Assembly: GCF_009914755.1 (NCBI RefSeq)
Contig: NC_060937.1
Source: the human T2T-CHM13v2.0 reference genome, Homo sapiens
DNA length: 64,000 nucleotides
Reading direction: 5' to 3' (one strand)
The notes below the pieces were generated by a model. The model was not told the origin of the DNA, made no database searches, and saw only the letters and a program-made list of their open reading frames with translations. This document shows, in pieces, positions 13,247 to 28,398 of this stretch. Within the stretch, counting starts at the first letter, position 1; each line of letters begins with the position of its first letter. The position numbers were made by a program, and so were the translations under genes.

Positions 13247-13432
13247 AATTATAGTCATTTTTAAATTTCATGAAAATAGTTGTTGAAAAGAAACACCCAT
13301 AAAACTGTTATGTGGTCATGCTCAGTCAGTGCATGTGGAGAGGTGAGGATAATGACCACAATTTGGGTTATTTAAATGGCTTATTTGTTCATTTCATTTG
13401 GATAAATACAAATACATATTTATGAGCTCTTA

Positions 13433-13809
<377 letters not shown>

Positions 13810-13879
13810 TCATTATGCTTTTAATTTCCATTCATTCCCCAGTGAATAATGATACTGAGCTTTTTAAAAATGTGTTTAT

Positions 13880-14196
<317 letters not shown>

Positions 14197-15761
14197 TCAT
14201 GTATTTTCTTTGTTAAAGTACGTGTTCAAATGCTTTGCCAATTTCATTCCCGGGTTGCTTGGTTTCTTATTGTTGAGTTTTGAGGGTTCTATATATGGCC
14301 TGTATGCAACTCCTTTGCTAGGTATATGATTTTAAAATATTTTATTCTAATCTGCATCTTGTATTTTTACTCTTTTAGCACTGACCTGGACAGAGCAAAA
14401 GGTTTTAATTTTGATGAAGTTCAGTTTATTAATTTTTCCTTTATGGCTTTTACTTTCAATGTTGTATCTAAGAATGTTTTGCTAAACCAAGGTCACAAGG
14501 GGTTTCCTTCTATATTTTCTTCTACATTTTTTAGAGTTTCATGCTTTACATTTAGGTCTGTGATCAATTTTTAGTTAATGGAGACCTTTTTATTTTCACA
14601 TGTAGATGTCTAATGGTTTCAGTGACATTTGTTAAAAAGACTCTCTTCTCCATTGAATTGTCTTTGTACTTTTGTTGAAAATCAATTGTGCAAGTCTATC
14701 TCTGGACTCTATTCTCTTCTATTGATCTATGTCTATCTTTTTGCTGGTATAACATTGTCTTGATTATGGTATCTTTAGAATAAGGATTGAAATGAAGTAG
14801 TTTCAATTTTCTTCTTTTTCAAAATTGTTCTGGTGTTTCTAATAACTTGCCTTTTTGGGTAGATTTTAGAATCAGGGTTTGGCTATTCTGAAAGAGTCCT
14901 GGGGAGGTTTGGTTAGGGTGGCCTCGGACCTATAGATCCAGCTGGGAAGAATGTACATGGCAACCATAGTAAGTCTTCCAATTCATGCACACAAATATCT
15001 TTTCATTTATATGGATTTTCTTTGATTTCTTTCATCAGCATTTTATAGTTTTCAGCATACATATCCTGCAATATTTTTTCATATGAATACCTAAATGTTT
15101 TATTTTTATTCTGCATTGGAAATGGTTCTTAAAAAAATTGATTTCCAGTTGTTTATGTCTAATATATAGATACACGACTGATTTCTTTTTAGCATATTGA
15201 CTGTATCCTGTGAGTCTGCTAGACTTCACTGTTCGTTCTAGGACTTTCTATGTAGATTCCATAGGATTTGTCATGTAGATGATCATGTCATCTGTAAATG
15301 GAGACAGTTTTATTTCTTCCTTTACAACCTGTATGCTTTGTTTTGTTCCCTGCTTAGTTTCATTGGCAAAGATTTCCAGTATTACGTTGAATAAAAAATA
15401 GAAGCAGTGACATTGAACAAATTTACCTTTTTCCTAATTTTATGGGATAAGCAGTCAGTCTTTACCACTTAAGTATGATGTTAGCTATAGGTTTTTTGTA
15501 GATTACTTTTAACAAGTTAAGGGCATACCCTTTTATTCTCAGTTTGCTGAGAATTTCTATCAAGAATGAATGTTACATTTTTGTTAAATTCTTTGTCTGT
15601 GTCTAATTAGGTGATCACATGAGTTTTCTTCTTTTCTTAATATGATGACATATTAATTTTCAAATGTTGAGCCCACTTTGCATTCCTGGAATAAACCCCC
15701 CTTGGTCATGATATATTATCCTTATTATACATGGGCAAATTCTTCCTGCTATTTTTTTGCT

Positions 15762-15920
15762 GTGGGTTTCTGTATCTCTGCCCATGAGGTATATGGCTCT
15801 GTAGTCGTCCTGTAATGTCTGTCTGTGTTTTGATATCAGGTCGTGGGTTTCTGTATCTCTGCCCATGAGGGATATGGCTCTGCAGTTGTCCTGTAATGTC
15901 TGTTGGTGTTTTGTATCAGG
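15762..15920. repeat. ~81-bp two-copy tandem duplication inside L1
   Basis: gtgggtttctgtatctctgcccatgagg...gtcctgtaatgtctgt...tatcagg repeated at 15762 and 15843. Confidence 0.9.
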
Positions 15921-17487
15921 ATAACGTTGATCTCATAAATGACTGGAACGCGTTCCCTCCTCTCCTGTTTTCTGGAAGAGTGTGTGCACAGCTGTCATCT
16001 CTTGCTCTGATGTTTGATAGCATTTTCCAGTGAAGCCATCTGGCCTTGGAGTTTCTTCTCTTTTTTTAAGTTCTTAAGTGTGGCTTCAATTTCCTCAATA
16101 GTATGAAGTAATTCCAGTTACCTCTCTCTTTTTGAGTGAGTTTTGGTTGTGTCTTTCAAAAAATTGGTCATTTAATCTGTTATCGAATATGGTTAGAGTG
16201 TGGTTCATAGTATTCCTTTGTTACCTTTTCCATGTTTCTAGACCTGTAGTGATATCCTCTCTCTCACTCCATAAGCTGGTAAACTGTATCTTGTCTTTTT
16301 CCTTCCTTATTCTGGATAGAGGCTCATTGAGTTTACTGATATTTTCAAAGAGCCAACTCTTGGCTCCATTAGTTTTCTCCGTGGCTCTGTCTCCGGTTCC
16401 AATGTTGCCTGCTGTTTTATTGTCTTCCTTCTGTTTGCTCTGATTTAGTTTGCTTTTATTTTGCTTCTTAAGGTGAAAGGCTAAATTCTTGATTTCAGAC
16501 ATTACTTCTTTTCAAATGTAACAATGTGAATCTATAATTTTGGGTGTAAGCACTGCTCTAGCTGCATCCTTCTAGTTTTGATATGCTGTGTTTTCATATT
16601 TATTCAAGTAAAAATATTTTCTAAGTTCCCTTGTTTCTTTCTCTTGACTTATGGGTTATTTAAAAATATGTTATCTAATTTCCAAATGTTTGCAGATGTT
16701 GTGGGTATCTTTTTGTTATTGACTTCCTTCTTAATTCCATTATGTTTAATCGATACAGTTTATACAATTTTGGTTCTTGTGCATGTTCAAAGGCTTGCTC
16801 AGTGGTGTGCAACATGGTCCACCCTAGGGTGCGTTTCTGGTGCCCTCACTGTGTGGAGTCTTCACACCAATCAGGCCAACAGGGCCATCGTGGTGCCTGG
16901 TCTTCTCCGTCATGGGTAATTATCTGTCCTCTTTGTCCACTGATGACTGGACTATATAAGGGTTGGCATCTTCTGATTCTGTTTCGTGCTGAAACTTGGC
17001 CAGGGATTGTTTGTCGTGCTGAGTGATTCCAGACAAGTCTGGGTCTTGTGAAAACCTTCTGGAGGATGTTGATGCCTGTGACTGGCTTGTGTTAATAGGC
17101 GGTTGCCCAGCTAGGCTCAGGGTGCAGGTTTCCAGGGCCACGGAAACTTCTATGGGTGCTGGTTCCAGGCCCGACTGCTCTCACGGCCTTTGCCTTGCTG
17201 TCTGGGGCCAGCCCTCACATGTACCCTGGAGCTTAGTCTGGGAATAGGGTCTCCACTGCCTTCACTGCACTTCTGCGGTCGATCGCATGCATCTACGGCT
17301 TTATACACAGAACTGGGGAATCCCCTTCCCCAACATTCTTCTTTCCGGGATTTCCCCACAGTCTGCAGCATTTAAGGTCATGTTCCCGGTGTCTGTGGCC
17401 AGATGATTGGGATTATCTCAGAAGTTCTGCCCTCAACACTCCTGTGCAGCTTCACGGCCAAGAGCAGCAGGAAAAACAGAGAAAACA

Positions 17488-17780
17488 AGCCGAGCGTGGT
17501 GACTTGTGCCTGTAATTCCAGCACTTCGGGAGGCCAAAGCGGGTGGATCACCTGAGGTCGGCAGTTTGAGACTAGGCCGGCCAACATAGTGAAACTCTGT
17601 CTCTACCAAAAAAAAAATTGGCCAGGTGTGGTGGTGAATGCCTGTGATCCCAGCTACTTGGGAGGCTGAGGCAGGAGAATCACTTCAACTGGGGAGGAGG
17701 AGGTTGCATTGAGCTGAGATCGCACCACTGCACTCCAGCCTGGGCGACAAGAGCGAAACTCCGTCTCAACAAAAAGAAAG
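17488..17780 (+). mobile_element. Alu (AluSq-like)
   Basis: Full dimer, gacaagagcgaaactccgtctc; TSD AGAGAAAACAA. Confidence 0.93.
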
Positions 17781-18072
17781 AGAGAAAACAATAACTGGGA
17801 CACCCCCCACCGGCTTCATTCTTCACACATAAGGGCCCTTTCCCAGGTCCTCTGACCAGAGAGATTGGGCCTTCTCTCGGGGTCTCAGGTGACGGCACCA
17901 TTCATGCGGCAATGCAAGTGGGGCTAGCTTCAGGAAAGAAGGGAAGAAAAACAGCGATGATCTCCATGTACTCTGGCTCACAGGGGTGCCTTTCCAGCCT
18001 CTGGCAAAAGAGCTGGGCTTCCCTTAGAGTTCTGCTGCCCATGCCTGAGGAGGAGGTCCCACGTCAGCTCAC

Positions 18073-18423
18073 TGTTATGCACCCTATTTTTGCGGCCCCA
18101 AAACTCGTATGTTGAAATCCTAACTCCAAACGTGATGGCATGAGGAGTGGAGCCTTTGAGAGTGACCAGGTCATGAAAGTGAAGCCTCAGGGTGGGATTA
18201 GCGTTCTTATAAAAGAGCCGCAGTTGCTCCCCCAGCCGTCCCACCCTGTGAGGACACAGCCAGAAGGTGGCTTCTGTGAACAAGGAAACCCTCGCAGGAC
18301 GTGGAATCTGTTGGCACCTCAATCCTGGACTTCCAGCCTCCAAACTGTGAGAAATAAGTTCCTGTTGTTTATACAACACTGGTTTACGGTATTTTGTTGT
18401 AGTGTCCAAAGTGGACTAAGACA
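18073..18423 (+). mobile_element. MLT1A/MLT1A0 solo LTR, intact
   Basis: tgttatg...tatgttgaaatcctaactccaaacgtgatgg...gacttccagcctccaaactgtgagaaataag...gactaagaca; 5-bp TSD-like ctcac/ttcac. Confidence 0.88.
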
Positions 18424-18689
18424 TTCACCTTTGCTTCCAACTTCACAGATACAAAGAGGAAAGAAATCCAGAGGACTTACCATGGGCATACTGGTTTTCC
18501 TCATGTTTGGACCTCTTTCCCGATCTGCCTTCCCCTGTTTACTTTCAGTGGCATCAGGTGGTCACTGCTTGTATTTCACCCAAGTTCTCCGTTTAATCAG
18601 GGGGAGCTGGAAGCAGCAGTGGGCTTATGCCCTCTAAGCCAGCACCAGATGCCCCCCCCCCTTTGATTTTGAGCTTTGTCTTGCTTTCT

Positions 18690-19260
18690 GACCCAAAAAG
18701 TTATTCCAAGCTCACCTGCTCGACACCCCAAATCAACCTTTTCTCCCAGAAGTCTTGCTTCCTTTGATCAAATAATTGAGAAGCACAGATCTGGGTGGTA
18801 GTATGCTCATTGCTAGAGGCGTGCAGTGCTTCTAGACTCTTCCAGCAGGCCAGGTTAAAGATTAGAAATTATGGGCTTATACGGATACCTCCAATTAAAA
18901 CCCTACAACACAAGGCCTGATGTCTTCTTCCTCACCTTCCACTATCACATACTGGTCTCTCCTTTCCCTATGGCAATGCCCCTGGTTCCTAAGAAGGTCA
19001 AAATATTTACTTATTCGTTCTACTCTCTAATATGTGCAAGATAGATTCAGAATTATTATATCAATACAAACCCATGAAGCAAAGTTCAGAATTTCTTTGA
19101 AGTGTTTTTTTGTTTTATATGGTTTATAAATTAAAAACACACACACACAGATTCTCAGAGAAGTCTCATGCTCATTCATGTCCCTTTCATCCAGTTTCCA
19201 CTCAAGCCCTATGGTCAACATTTTTGTTGTTGGCTTGGATAATCCTGGGTTTCTTTTTAC
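18690..19260 (-). mobile_element. L1MC-like 3' UTR fragment
   Basis: ccaagctcacc...cagatctgggtggtagtatgctcattgctagaggcgtgcagtgcttctagactcttccagc resembles antisense L1MC4/5. Confidence 0.5.
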
Positions 19261-19264
19261 AAAA

Positions 19265-19393
19265 TGTGCATGTGTGTGTGTGTGCACATGTGTGTACTTG
19301 TGTGCTCATGTGCTTGTGTGTGCATATGCGTGTATGTGTGCAAGTGCATGTGTGCATGTGTGTGTGTGCGTGTGTGTGCACGTGTGTGTGTGT
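19265..19393. repeat. Imperfect (TG)n/(TGCA) tract
   Basis: Alternating purine-pyrimidine run. Confidence 0.9.
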
Positions 19394-20599
19394 ATTCTTT
19401 CTCATTCCCACTTCTTGTTTTTGGAGGGTGATGTACTCTGCTTACTGTTTTGTGCTGTTTTTTCACTTAGCTGCATGCCTGGAACTGCACCACGTCAGTT
19501 CACAACGGCTGCAAAGTTTGTTCTGAGCGTGGGTGTATGGTGCTGACAGGAAGATTGGTGTTCTGGGATGTGGGTCTCCATGGTCATCCTTGGAGCTGGA
19601 CCCTTTATTGGCTCTAGTAGAACCCCAGCTGGCCACAGCAGCTCTCTCTTTTCTCCTCTCCCAGTAAGGCCTTCTGATTCTTCTGCTCTCTCTCTGTCAT
19701 CAGTAGGAGATCACAGCGCTCAGAAGCAGCCACACCACCTGTTCTCTGGTCCCAGGCTGGCCTGCCCTCCTCGTCTTGTTGGTTTCCCAGCGATCTGTCC
19801 CTGCAGAAGCACAGGGAGCATCACCCACATGCCCACCCTTCGCCGTGCCCCTTGTGAGCACGTCTGCGTGGGGGCCCCTACCTCACCGTTCTCCTGGGAA
19901 GTGTCCTCCAGTGTTGGGTGTGTTCCCTGAGATGCACTTCGGGAAGCTGTGACGCTGAGAGTGTCTCTGGTGTGTGTTGTGTTGACAGAGGACTGAGGGA
20001 TGAGGGCACCCCCGGATTGCTGGCCAGCGGGCTCCTTCTCCGAGTGCAGTCCTGGAAGGAGGGGCCTCCGACACTCCAGCCTTGCCCCGGGCAACAGGAC
20101 ATGGAGCTGGGACTCTTCACACAGCAAGGAGCCTCTCCATCCATGTATTCCTTCCGTTTTTCTCCAGGAGCCTCAACGGTAAATCCTCTTACTGCCCATG
20201 GGGATGTGGTCCTCTAATTAATCGCTGTGCTAAGCCAGACCTTGAAGTCTTCAGCTGAGATCGAGATGAAGAGGGGCTCTGCCCGGAAGCTCTTGTTTGC
20301 CTCCACACATAGTCAAGCCGCCCTCAGAGCTGGGCCCCCAGCTTCCCCTTCATGCTTTCCTTCTGCGTTCCTGCCTTTCCGTCTTTTCTTCTTTGCTCTT
20401 TCCTTCTTCCCTCCTTTCTTCCTTTTCCCCGCCTCTTTTCCTTTTCTCCAAAGCTTTCCTTTCTCCCATTGCTTTGTCACAAAGCTGCCTAATACAGATT
20501 ATTTTAGTGTAGTTACTCTTTGGCTTTTTCTTTTAAATAACATATTTTACAAGTCCTAAAAGCACACTTTAAAAAACCAAATAGGATATAGAGAGTGAT

Positions 20600-21672
20600 G
20601 TTAGCAACATGGCAGAATCGGAGATATGGAGAAAAGGGAGTGTGAATTGGCGCACCCATTATGGAAAACAGTACGGAGGCCCCTCAAAATATCAAAAACT
20701 GAAGTCCCACAGGATCCAGTAACCCCACTTCTGGGTCTACATCCAAAGGTATTGAAATCACATACTGAATTCAATACCATGTTAACTACAGCACTGATCA
20801 CAATAGCCAACATACAGATCAACCTAAATGTTCATCAGTAGATGAATGGATAAAGAAAGCAGGCAGGCTGGGCACGGCGGCTCACACCTGGAATCCCAGA
20901 ATAGTGGGAGGCCGAGGCAGGCAGATCACGAGGTCAGGAGATCGAGACCATCCTGGCTAACATGGCAAAACCCCATCTCTACTAAAAATACAAAAAATTA
21001 GCTGGGCGTGGTGGCACGCACCTGTAGTCCCAGCTACTCAAGAGGCTGAGGCAGAAGAATTGCTTGAACACGGGAGGTGGAGGTTGCAGTAAGCCAAGAT
21101 CCCGTCATTGCACTCCAGCCTGGGAGACAGAGTGAGACCCCATCTCAAAAAAAAAAAAAAAGAAAGCATGGTACATCTACACAATGGAATTGTGTTCAGT
21201 CACAGAAAAGAAGTAAAGCCTATCATCTGTGACAACGTGGATAAACACGGAGGACATTATACCAAGTAACAAGCCAGGCAGAGAAAGGCAAACACTGCAT
21301 GATCTCACTCCTACATGGAGTCTGAAATTTCATACTTTCAGATGCAGAGAATGTAACGGCGGTCCCAGGGGCTGAGTGGGCGAGGGAAGGAGAAACGTTG
21401 GTCAGAAGATGCAAAGTTTCAGCTAGACAAGAGGAAGGAGCTCTGCTGGTCTACTGCACAGTGAGGTCACTATAGTTAATAACGATGCATTGTTCACTTC
21501 AAAATTGCTAAACAAGTGGATTTTAAATGTTCTCACAAAGGACGATGAGTATGTGAGGTGGTGGATATGCTAATTAGCCTGATTTGCCCATTTCACGATA
21601 GATCCACGCATTGAAGCATCACATTGCACTCCAGAAATACAGGCAATTATTATTTGCCGATTAAAAAAAAAC
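20600..21672 (+). mobile_element. L1MA-type 3' end (L1MA8/9-like), interrupted by Alu
   Basis: cccattatggaaaacagtacggaggc; aaatgttcatcagtagatgaatggataaagaa; ctatagttaataacgatgcattg...aaaattgctaa...attaaaaaaaaa tail. Confidence 0.88.
20866..21160 (+). mobile_element. Alu (AluSc-like)
   Basis: Full dimer with A tail; TSD-like AAGAAAGCA. Confidence 0.93.
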
Positions 21673-21779
21673 TAAACAAAGAATGCCCTGAATACATATA
21701 CAAGTCACAGTGCACTTATTTTATCTGGGAAGGGAGTGAATGAGGTGTTAAGCTACAGGTAAGGGCTTTTGGGAATAAG

Positions 21780-22048
21780 GCGTTAATGATGGCTATTAGC
21801 CAACAGAAAACTACACAGCAGGAGGATGTTGGCGTGGCAGGAGCACAGTGATGAACACCAAACAAAATAATTATCGTGTATTTCAGCATGGCTAGAAAAG
21901 AGACTTGAAATGTTCCCAACACAAAGAAATGATGAATGAGGATGGATACCCTGAACGCCCTGATGTGGTCATTGCACATCGCCTGCATGTATCAGAATAT
22001 CACAGGTACTCCGTAAATGTGAACCATCATTATGTATCCATAAAAAAG
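21780..22048 (+). mobile_element. Second L1MA 3' terminal fragment
   Basis: gctagaaaagagacttgaaatgttcccaacacaaagaaatgat...tatcacaggtactccgtaaatgtgaacc...tatgtatccataaaaaa. Confidence 0.8.
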
Positions 22049-22689
22049 AGATGGAAACAAGGTAAGTAACATTTAGAAACCAAGTAAAAAGTACCAACGC
22101 GTTCCGGTTCCTGTGGTACAAAGACTCATCAGAAATTCCTGGACGGTGCTAACTAAAATAGTTAGTTTCAGTTAAATTGTTCGGTTAATTAGAAAGCTGA
22201 TTGCAATTTGGGCTGAGATAAAAGCTCCTTTAACAGCCATTCCTTTCCCTTGGCTCATCCTCCTATCAGAGGAACTAAATTAATTAGGCTCCTGGAACTT
22301 GGACTTCTAGAAATTCACAAAGAAGTATTGATGAGTGAGCACTGAAGCTTTGCAGAAAGAGGGTTCAGAAGAGGGGGCGTGAATCTTCTCTGCTGAGTTC
22401 CAGTGACCCCAGATCTGACCACTGTTTCTTCAACGTGCATTTTCAAAGTCTGCATTGGCCAGTTAGGTCAATATTGGCGTAAAAACCAGTTTCTGCGGTG
22501 CACCGCCAACGACGTTAACTGTCACGCTTGTGTCTCCGTAGCAGCTGAATGCTCGAAGTTCATAATAATGAACCGGGAGCGCTCACAATCACAGGGAATC
22601 TTTCCAACAACCCAGGTTAAATAGCACTCAGTGGAGCTTTATTGTCAAGCACAGGGCCCGGGTTCTCTGGGCACTGGCCGCCTCCATGC

Positions 22690-23445
22690 TGCGTTTCCCC
22701 GCTGGGCCAGCGGTGTCATCTTCACCCATCACCAAGGCCAGAGGCCTGGGAGTTGGTTCGAGCTCTCCTTTTCTCTCACCCCTGCTCCAAACATCCCCAC
22801 GTTCATCTGATTTTCTCTCCCACTGCTGCTGCTCTGGCTCTGAGGCTGCCGTCCCACGGTATCGCCTCCCCAGAGGATCCCACGGGGTCCCCCAGCCACG
22901 GGGTCCATCATGGACCGTGGCCTCCTCGCCTCCGCTCTTGTCTGTGTACTGTCTGTTCTCCCCCAGTCTCAGAGATCACATTTGAAACCATCATTCTGAT
23001 CACAAGACTCCCTCGCTGGAAACTCCTCTGCAGCTCCCTTCACAGAAGGAAATCAAATCCCGCCGTAGCCTCCAGGGCCTGCCTGGGACAGGCTCCAGCC
23101 CACAGCGATTCTGGGCAGGTCCTGGGGCTGTGCACGGCCTGCAGGCCCCGAGCAGAGCTTCTGACTTGCCCTTGCTTCAGCCTGGGAGGCTTTTCCCGAC
23201 TCTTCCCAGGACTAGAACTCAGCTTCCAGGCCACCTCTCCCCGAAGCTTTCTCTGGCCACCTAGTCCGGAGCCCTCGGTGTTCTCAGCCGTAGCACCCTG
23301 CTTTGCTCTTGCAGGCTGAGCCTCTCTGTTGCAGCCCTTGAAGGCTGAGCCCTGGGTGTGGGGCCGCCTCGGGCACTCAGCATGGGAATCTAGCACCTGG
23401 CACCGCGCCTGGCACTCCCCGGGAGCTGGGAATGGTTCACGGTTG
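22690..23445 (+). mobile_element. L2 LINE fragment, strongly diverged
   Basis: caaggccagaggcctgggagt...; ...ctagcacctggcaccgcgcctggcact...ggttgaa L2 3' pattern. Confidence 0.5.
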
Positions 23446-26413
23446 AAAAGTAAAACACATTGTCTTAAGAAGCAGACAGACCCTCTCTGTCTGTGAGACC
23501 ACATAGGGGGGTCCGACTGTGGTTGGGGTCTGTGCTGATTGTTTGGCCGTGGGGGGTTGTCCTGTGCTCAGGGAGACAGGAAGACCCACAGGTGTCCGGC
23601 AGCTCTCACGCAGGGAGGTGAGGAGGGAGATTCCCCAACACTTAACCTCAAGCAAAGTGCAGGGCTTGACATGACAGCGAACCCAAGCAGTGAGGAGCGG
23701 GCAGGGATAGAGCCTGGTGCGGAGGAAGCCGAGGATGGGCAGGAGCAGCCCACAGAGCACCCGGCGAACGGAGGCATGTGCCCAGCGTGGATGACTCCAA
23801 GAGCAACAGCACTCCCTCGGGAATGAATCTGCAGAGTGGAACAGCTTTTCCCTCCTCCTTCCTTGTTTTTAAAAAAATGTTCCGCCATGCTACTTGTGGA
23901 AGCATGAAGTGGAGGGGCAGGAAGCCGCCTGCCCACCATGGAGCAACGGCGGCTGCCGAGGAAGGCGGAGTCTGAGCCGGGCACATCCCTGCCCGGCCGC
24001 AGATATACACGGAGGTTCTGAACAGTAGGACTGCACTGTCTTCCGGGCTGAATGACTCCAAATAACATCTGCCCAGACAGTTTGAAAAGCAGGTTGGTGT
24101 TGTATTTGGATATCTATGTTAAAGACTGCCACTTAAAAGTTGCCTTTACACATATAGTTCATGATATATACCTGGAATAAGTTAGAAGCTAAAAGCAACA
24201 CACATAACAGTTAGGTTCTCACCAAACTTAACTCTCTTGGATTCTCAGGAATATTACCACTAAAGAAAGGCTTATACCGACTGAGTTAAAAATCTCCAAG
24301 CAGCAGCTCCAGAAGGGAGCATGACGCCCAAGCCCCTCCAGTGCTGGGCCAACACTCCACGCAGGCACCCAAAGCTCAGGTGACCCACCAAGCACGTTCA
24401 GCACCCATCGCCCCACTGCACAGAGCTGGCGCCATCCAGGAAGTCTTTTCCCTCGAGAGCCACAGCAGAGGGTCAGACATTCATCTTCCACCACTAAACC
24501 ATCAGCTACACCAAACCCTGTGTTCACACCGCAAAGAGAATTGCCATCCCCTGTGTGTCTGCTCTGCATCCTCAATAGATACGCCCAGTGGTGTCTATTC
24601 TAACCCACATGCAGGCTGGTTCCATGAGCAGGTGAATCGCCCTGACCATTTAAATGGTTCAAAGAGCACCTGAGGAAGTGTCCTTCGTGGGTGGACGTCA
24701 GGAAGCAGGGCCGTCTTCCTGCCACCGCAGCTGCAGTGGAGATGACCACAATGAAGCAACATCTCGACAACCTCAAGCTCACAGTGTCTCCTTGAAGATT
24801 CCAATTTGCATGCTGGGTGGTAGGATTCACTGTCTATACCCATCCCCTTCCACAGATTATGATCCCAGCTTGTGCACAGCCCAAGTCAAGCCAAGCAGTT
24901 AATACAGAATAAATGTGCAGTATCTTTTGATTACGGGGCAAATACATGTCTGTGACCCTACATCATGTGGCACATACACCTGGAGGTGACTGATAAGTGT
25001 TTCTCATGTGATAAATAAAGCTTGAATTTCTCCAGGTAGAGCTGGATGAGTAGAGGAAGCCTCCGGATGGCATTCCCATTTTCATTTTGTAAAGCAGAGA
25101 ATTGCACTGAACTCTAATGCCTTAGTGCTGTGACGTTACACAGAATACGTTCCTTTGTCCATCATGCATTATATTGCTTCTGTATCACAAAATATCCTCC
25201 CAGCTACCTCCTCAAATACACAGAAGCCACTTGCATGAGTACATACACAAAGAGGGTAAAACAGTGCCACTCACGGACTAACGCGGCCACACGGAAGATA
25301 CTGCAGCAGGCTTGCCTTTGTCTTAGAACCAAGAGTGTGGGGCAGTCATGACCCACAAGGAGGACATTTTTTGGCAGTCAGCAAGTGACCAAGGAAGTTT
25401 AAGACCCTGGAGTGAAATCAAAAGCCCTTAAGAAAGAAAAACTTAAATGAAAATGGCCAGTTGTTCATTAATCACCAGGAGTTGTCTGACCCAGGGCGGG
25501 GGCAGTCTTATTGCTATTATAAACCATACAAATGTAAAGAAGAAAGTAATTGCCTCCTTTATAGACTGAAAAGTTAAATGTGGAGCTGCTGGTTACCGTG
25601 GACACGCTGGACTGTTTACAGCCCCGGTGTAAACAGTGGCCAGAGAGAAAGCAGCATTTCCTTCCTAATGACATTCATTAGGGTCACTTTTTTTTAGCGG
25701 GTCCTTTCTCTGAAAATGAATCCCCACTGATTATACACACGCCTTCACAGATAAAATCACATCGAAGAGAGCGGTGCGAGTGTGTGCCGGGAACCAGCCA
25801 CGTGTCCATCTGATTCTGCCGTGGAACTTTCTCCGCCAGAGGTGGCAGCGAACTAACACACCCTGTCCCTTGTCCACCGAGAGAGAGACATGGATGCGCA
25901 GAGCTGTGAGCGGTCGGACCTCTGTCCCGTGAGGAAGCCCGGATGACCTCTGCATTCTGGAAACTGCTTCTGCTTTAGTCATTTCATCGGCTGACCTGTT
26001 ACAGGGCTTCTGTCTGGATGCAGGGGAGGCATGGCAGGGGCCTGTGGAGGAGCCCAGGAGGGAAATGGGGCCCGACTGGAGGGTGGTGGAGCGTCATGGT
26101 GCCGCTTTCATCAGGCCTTTAGGAAACACAGGGAAGTCTGCTGCTGTGTATGGACACCATTATGACCCTGACTTACTCTCAAGGACTCACTCCTAGGCTG
26201 GAGCTGACCTGGCGTTCCACGGCCACCAGCCCAGGTTCATGAGGCTTCAGCTGCCATCACTAGTGTTTCTCTCCCGCTTCTTCAGTTTCAGAAACGATCA
26301 TCATCCCCCTTTGTCCTGAAAGCCCCAGTCCCTGTTTTCACAGAAATAACAATGTTCCCCTAAAGAAAAGGAACACCAGAGAATTGGATTCAAGATCTAA
26401 ATGACCTCAGTAA

Positions 26414-27178
<765 letters not shown>

Positions 27179-28149
27179 TAAGATTAAACCACAGTAATAA
27201 TTAGCCAAGACCTGCTTTCCTAGAGGGTTCAATTTAATGGCTTATTTTTAAATACTTTTTTGGAAACATCTCTAGGTGTTAGGTTTTCTATTCTTTTTTT
27301 TTATCACCTGAGAGAGAACCAGGGAAGCCAGCTCAGGTCCCTTCACAAATGGCCTAAAACTCTGTCCTAGGGCCCCTGCCGGGGACGGTCCCAGACACCC
27401 ACAGCCCCTGGAAGAGTTGATCCTCCCTCCAGAAGCATCCGAGACCCAGCTCTCACTAAGAGCCACCAGGAAGCTGGGCCTCCCCCTGGGCACTGCCAAG
27501 CTGTGGTATACGCCATGCTCCATCTCCAGATAGGTCACACCCAAGTTCAATTATAGGATCTTAGAATATTCCCCACAGAAACAATGTTAAAAAGTGACAT
27601 TAGGTTCCCAGATAAGCCTACCCAAACCCATTCTACCTGTAACGCAGCCAGCATTGTACAGAAATCACTTAGGGAACGTTCTAAGCCTCTTCTGCTTGAC
27701 AGTCTCTCTGCATCCCCAGGGCACAGCCTCCTGCCTAGGCCTCTGCCTCTGGGTTCACCCACGCATCCACTCTCCACGCCCTTGGCCACAGTCCGTGGCT
27801 CCCCACCTCAAAACCTCCAGGGCACCTGGTCCCCAGACTCGAGCCCAACCTTCTCTCTGGCCCTGCCTCAGTTGGCAACTTCACCAACATACCAGGAGGG
27901 AATGTTCTGGAACGGCAGCCTCCCCACCTTTCCCCCTGCTCCTGGATCATTAGGGCTCCTCCTCCCAGGTGTGACCACCTACCCTTCCTCCAGGTCTTGG
28001 CTCAAGGGAGTTCTCCTAAGGTGGGTCATGTTGACCCCGGGGCCCTCCTCCGGGTGACATCCTTCTCTACCCAGAATGCTCCTCACTGTGAAGCCCTTCC
28101 TGCGGCTCTCAGGTTGGCAGGGGCTGGGTCTACTGTGCCCACTTGCTGT

Positions 28150-28398
28150 CTCTTTCTTTCTTTTTCTTTCATCTCCCTCCCTCCCTTTTTCCTTTCTTCC
28201 TCTCTGTCCTCCCCCAACCCCTTTCCTTCTTCCTTCTCTCCCTCCCTCTCTCCCTTCCTTCTTTCCTCCTTCCTTCCCTCCTTTCTTCCCTCCCTCCCTT
28301 CCTTCTTCCCTCCCTCCCTCCCTCTCTCCCTCCCTCTCTCCCTTCTTCCCGCCTCCCTCCCTCCCTCCTTCCCTCCCTCCCTCCCTCCTCCCTTCCCT
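28150..28398. repeat. CT-rich polypyrimidine tract ((TCCC)n/(TTCC)n)
   Basis: About 250 bp almost entirely C/T. Confidence 0.92.
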
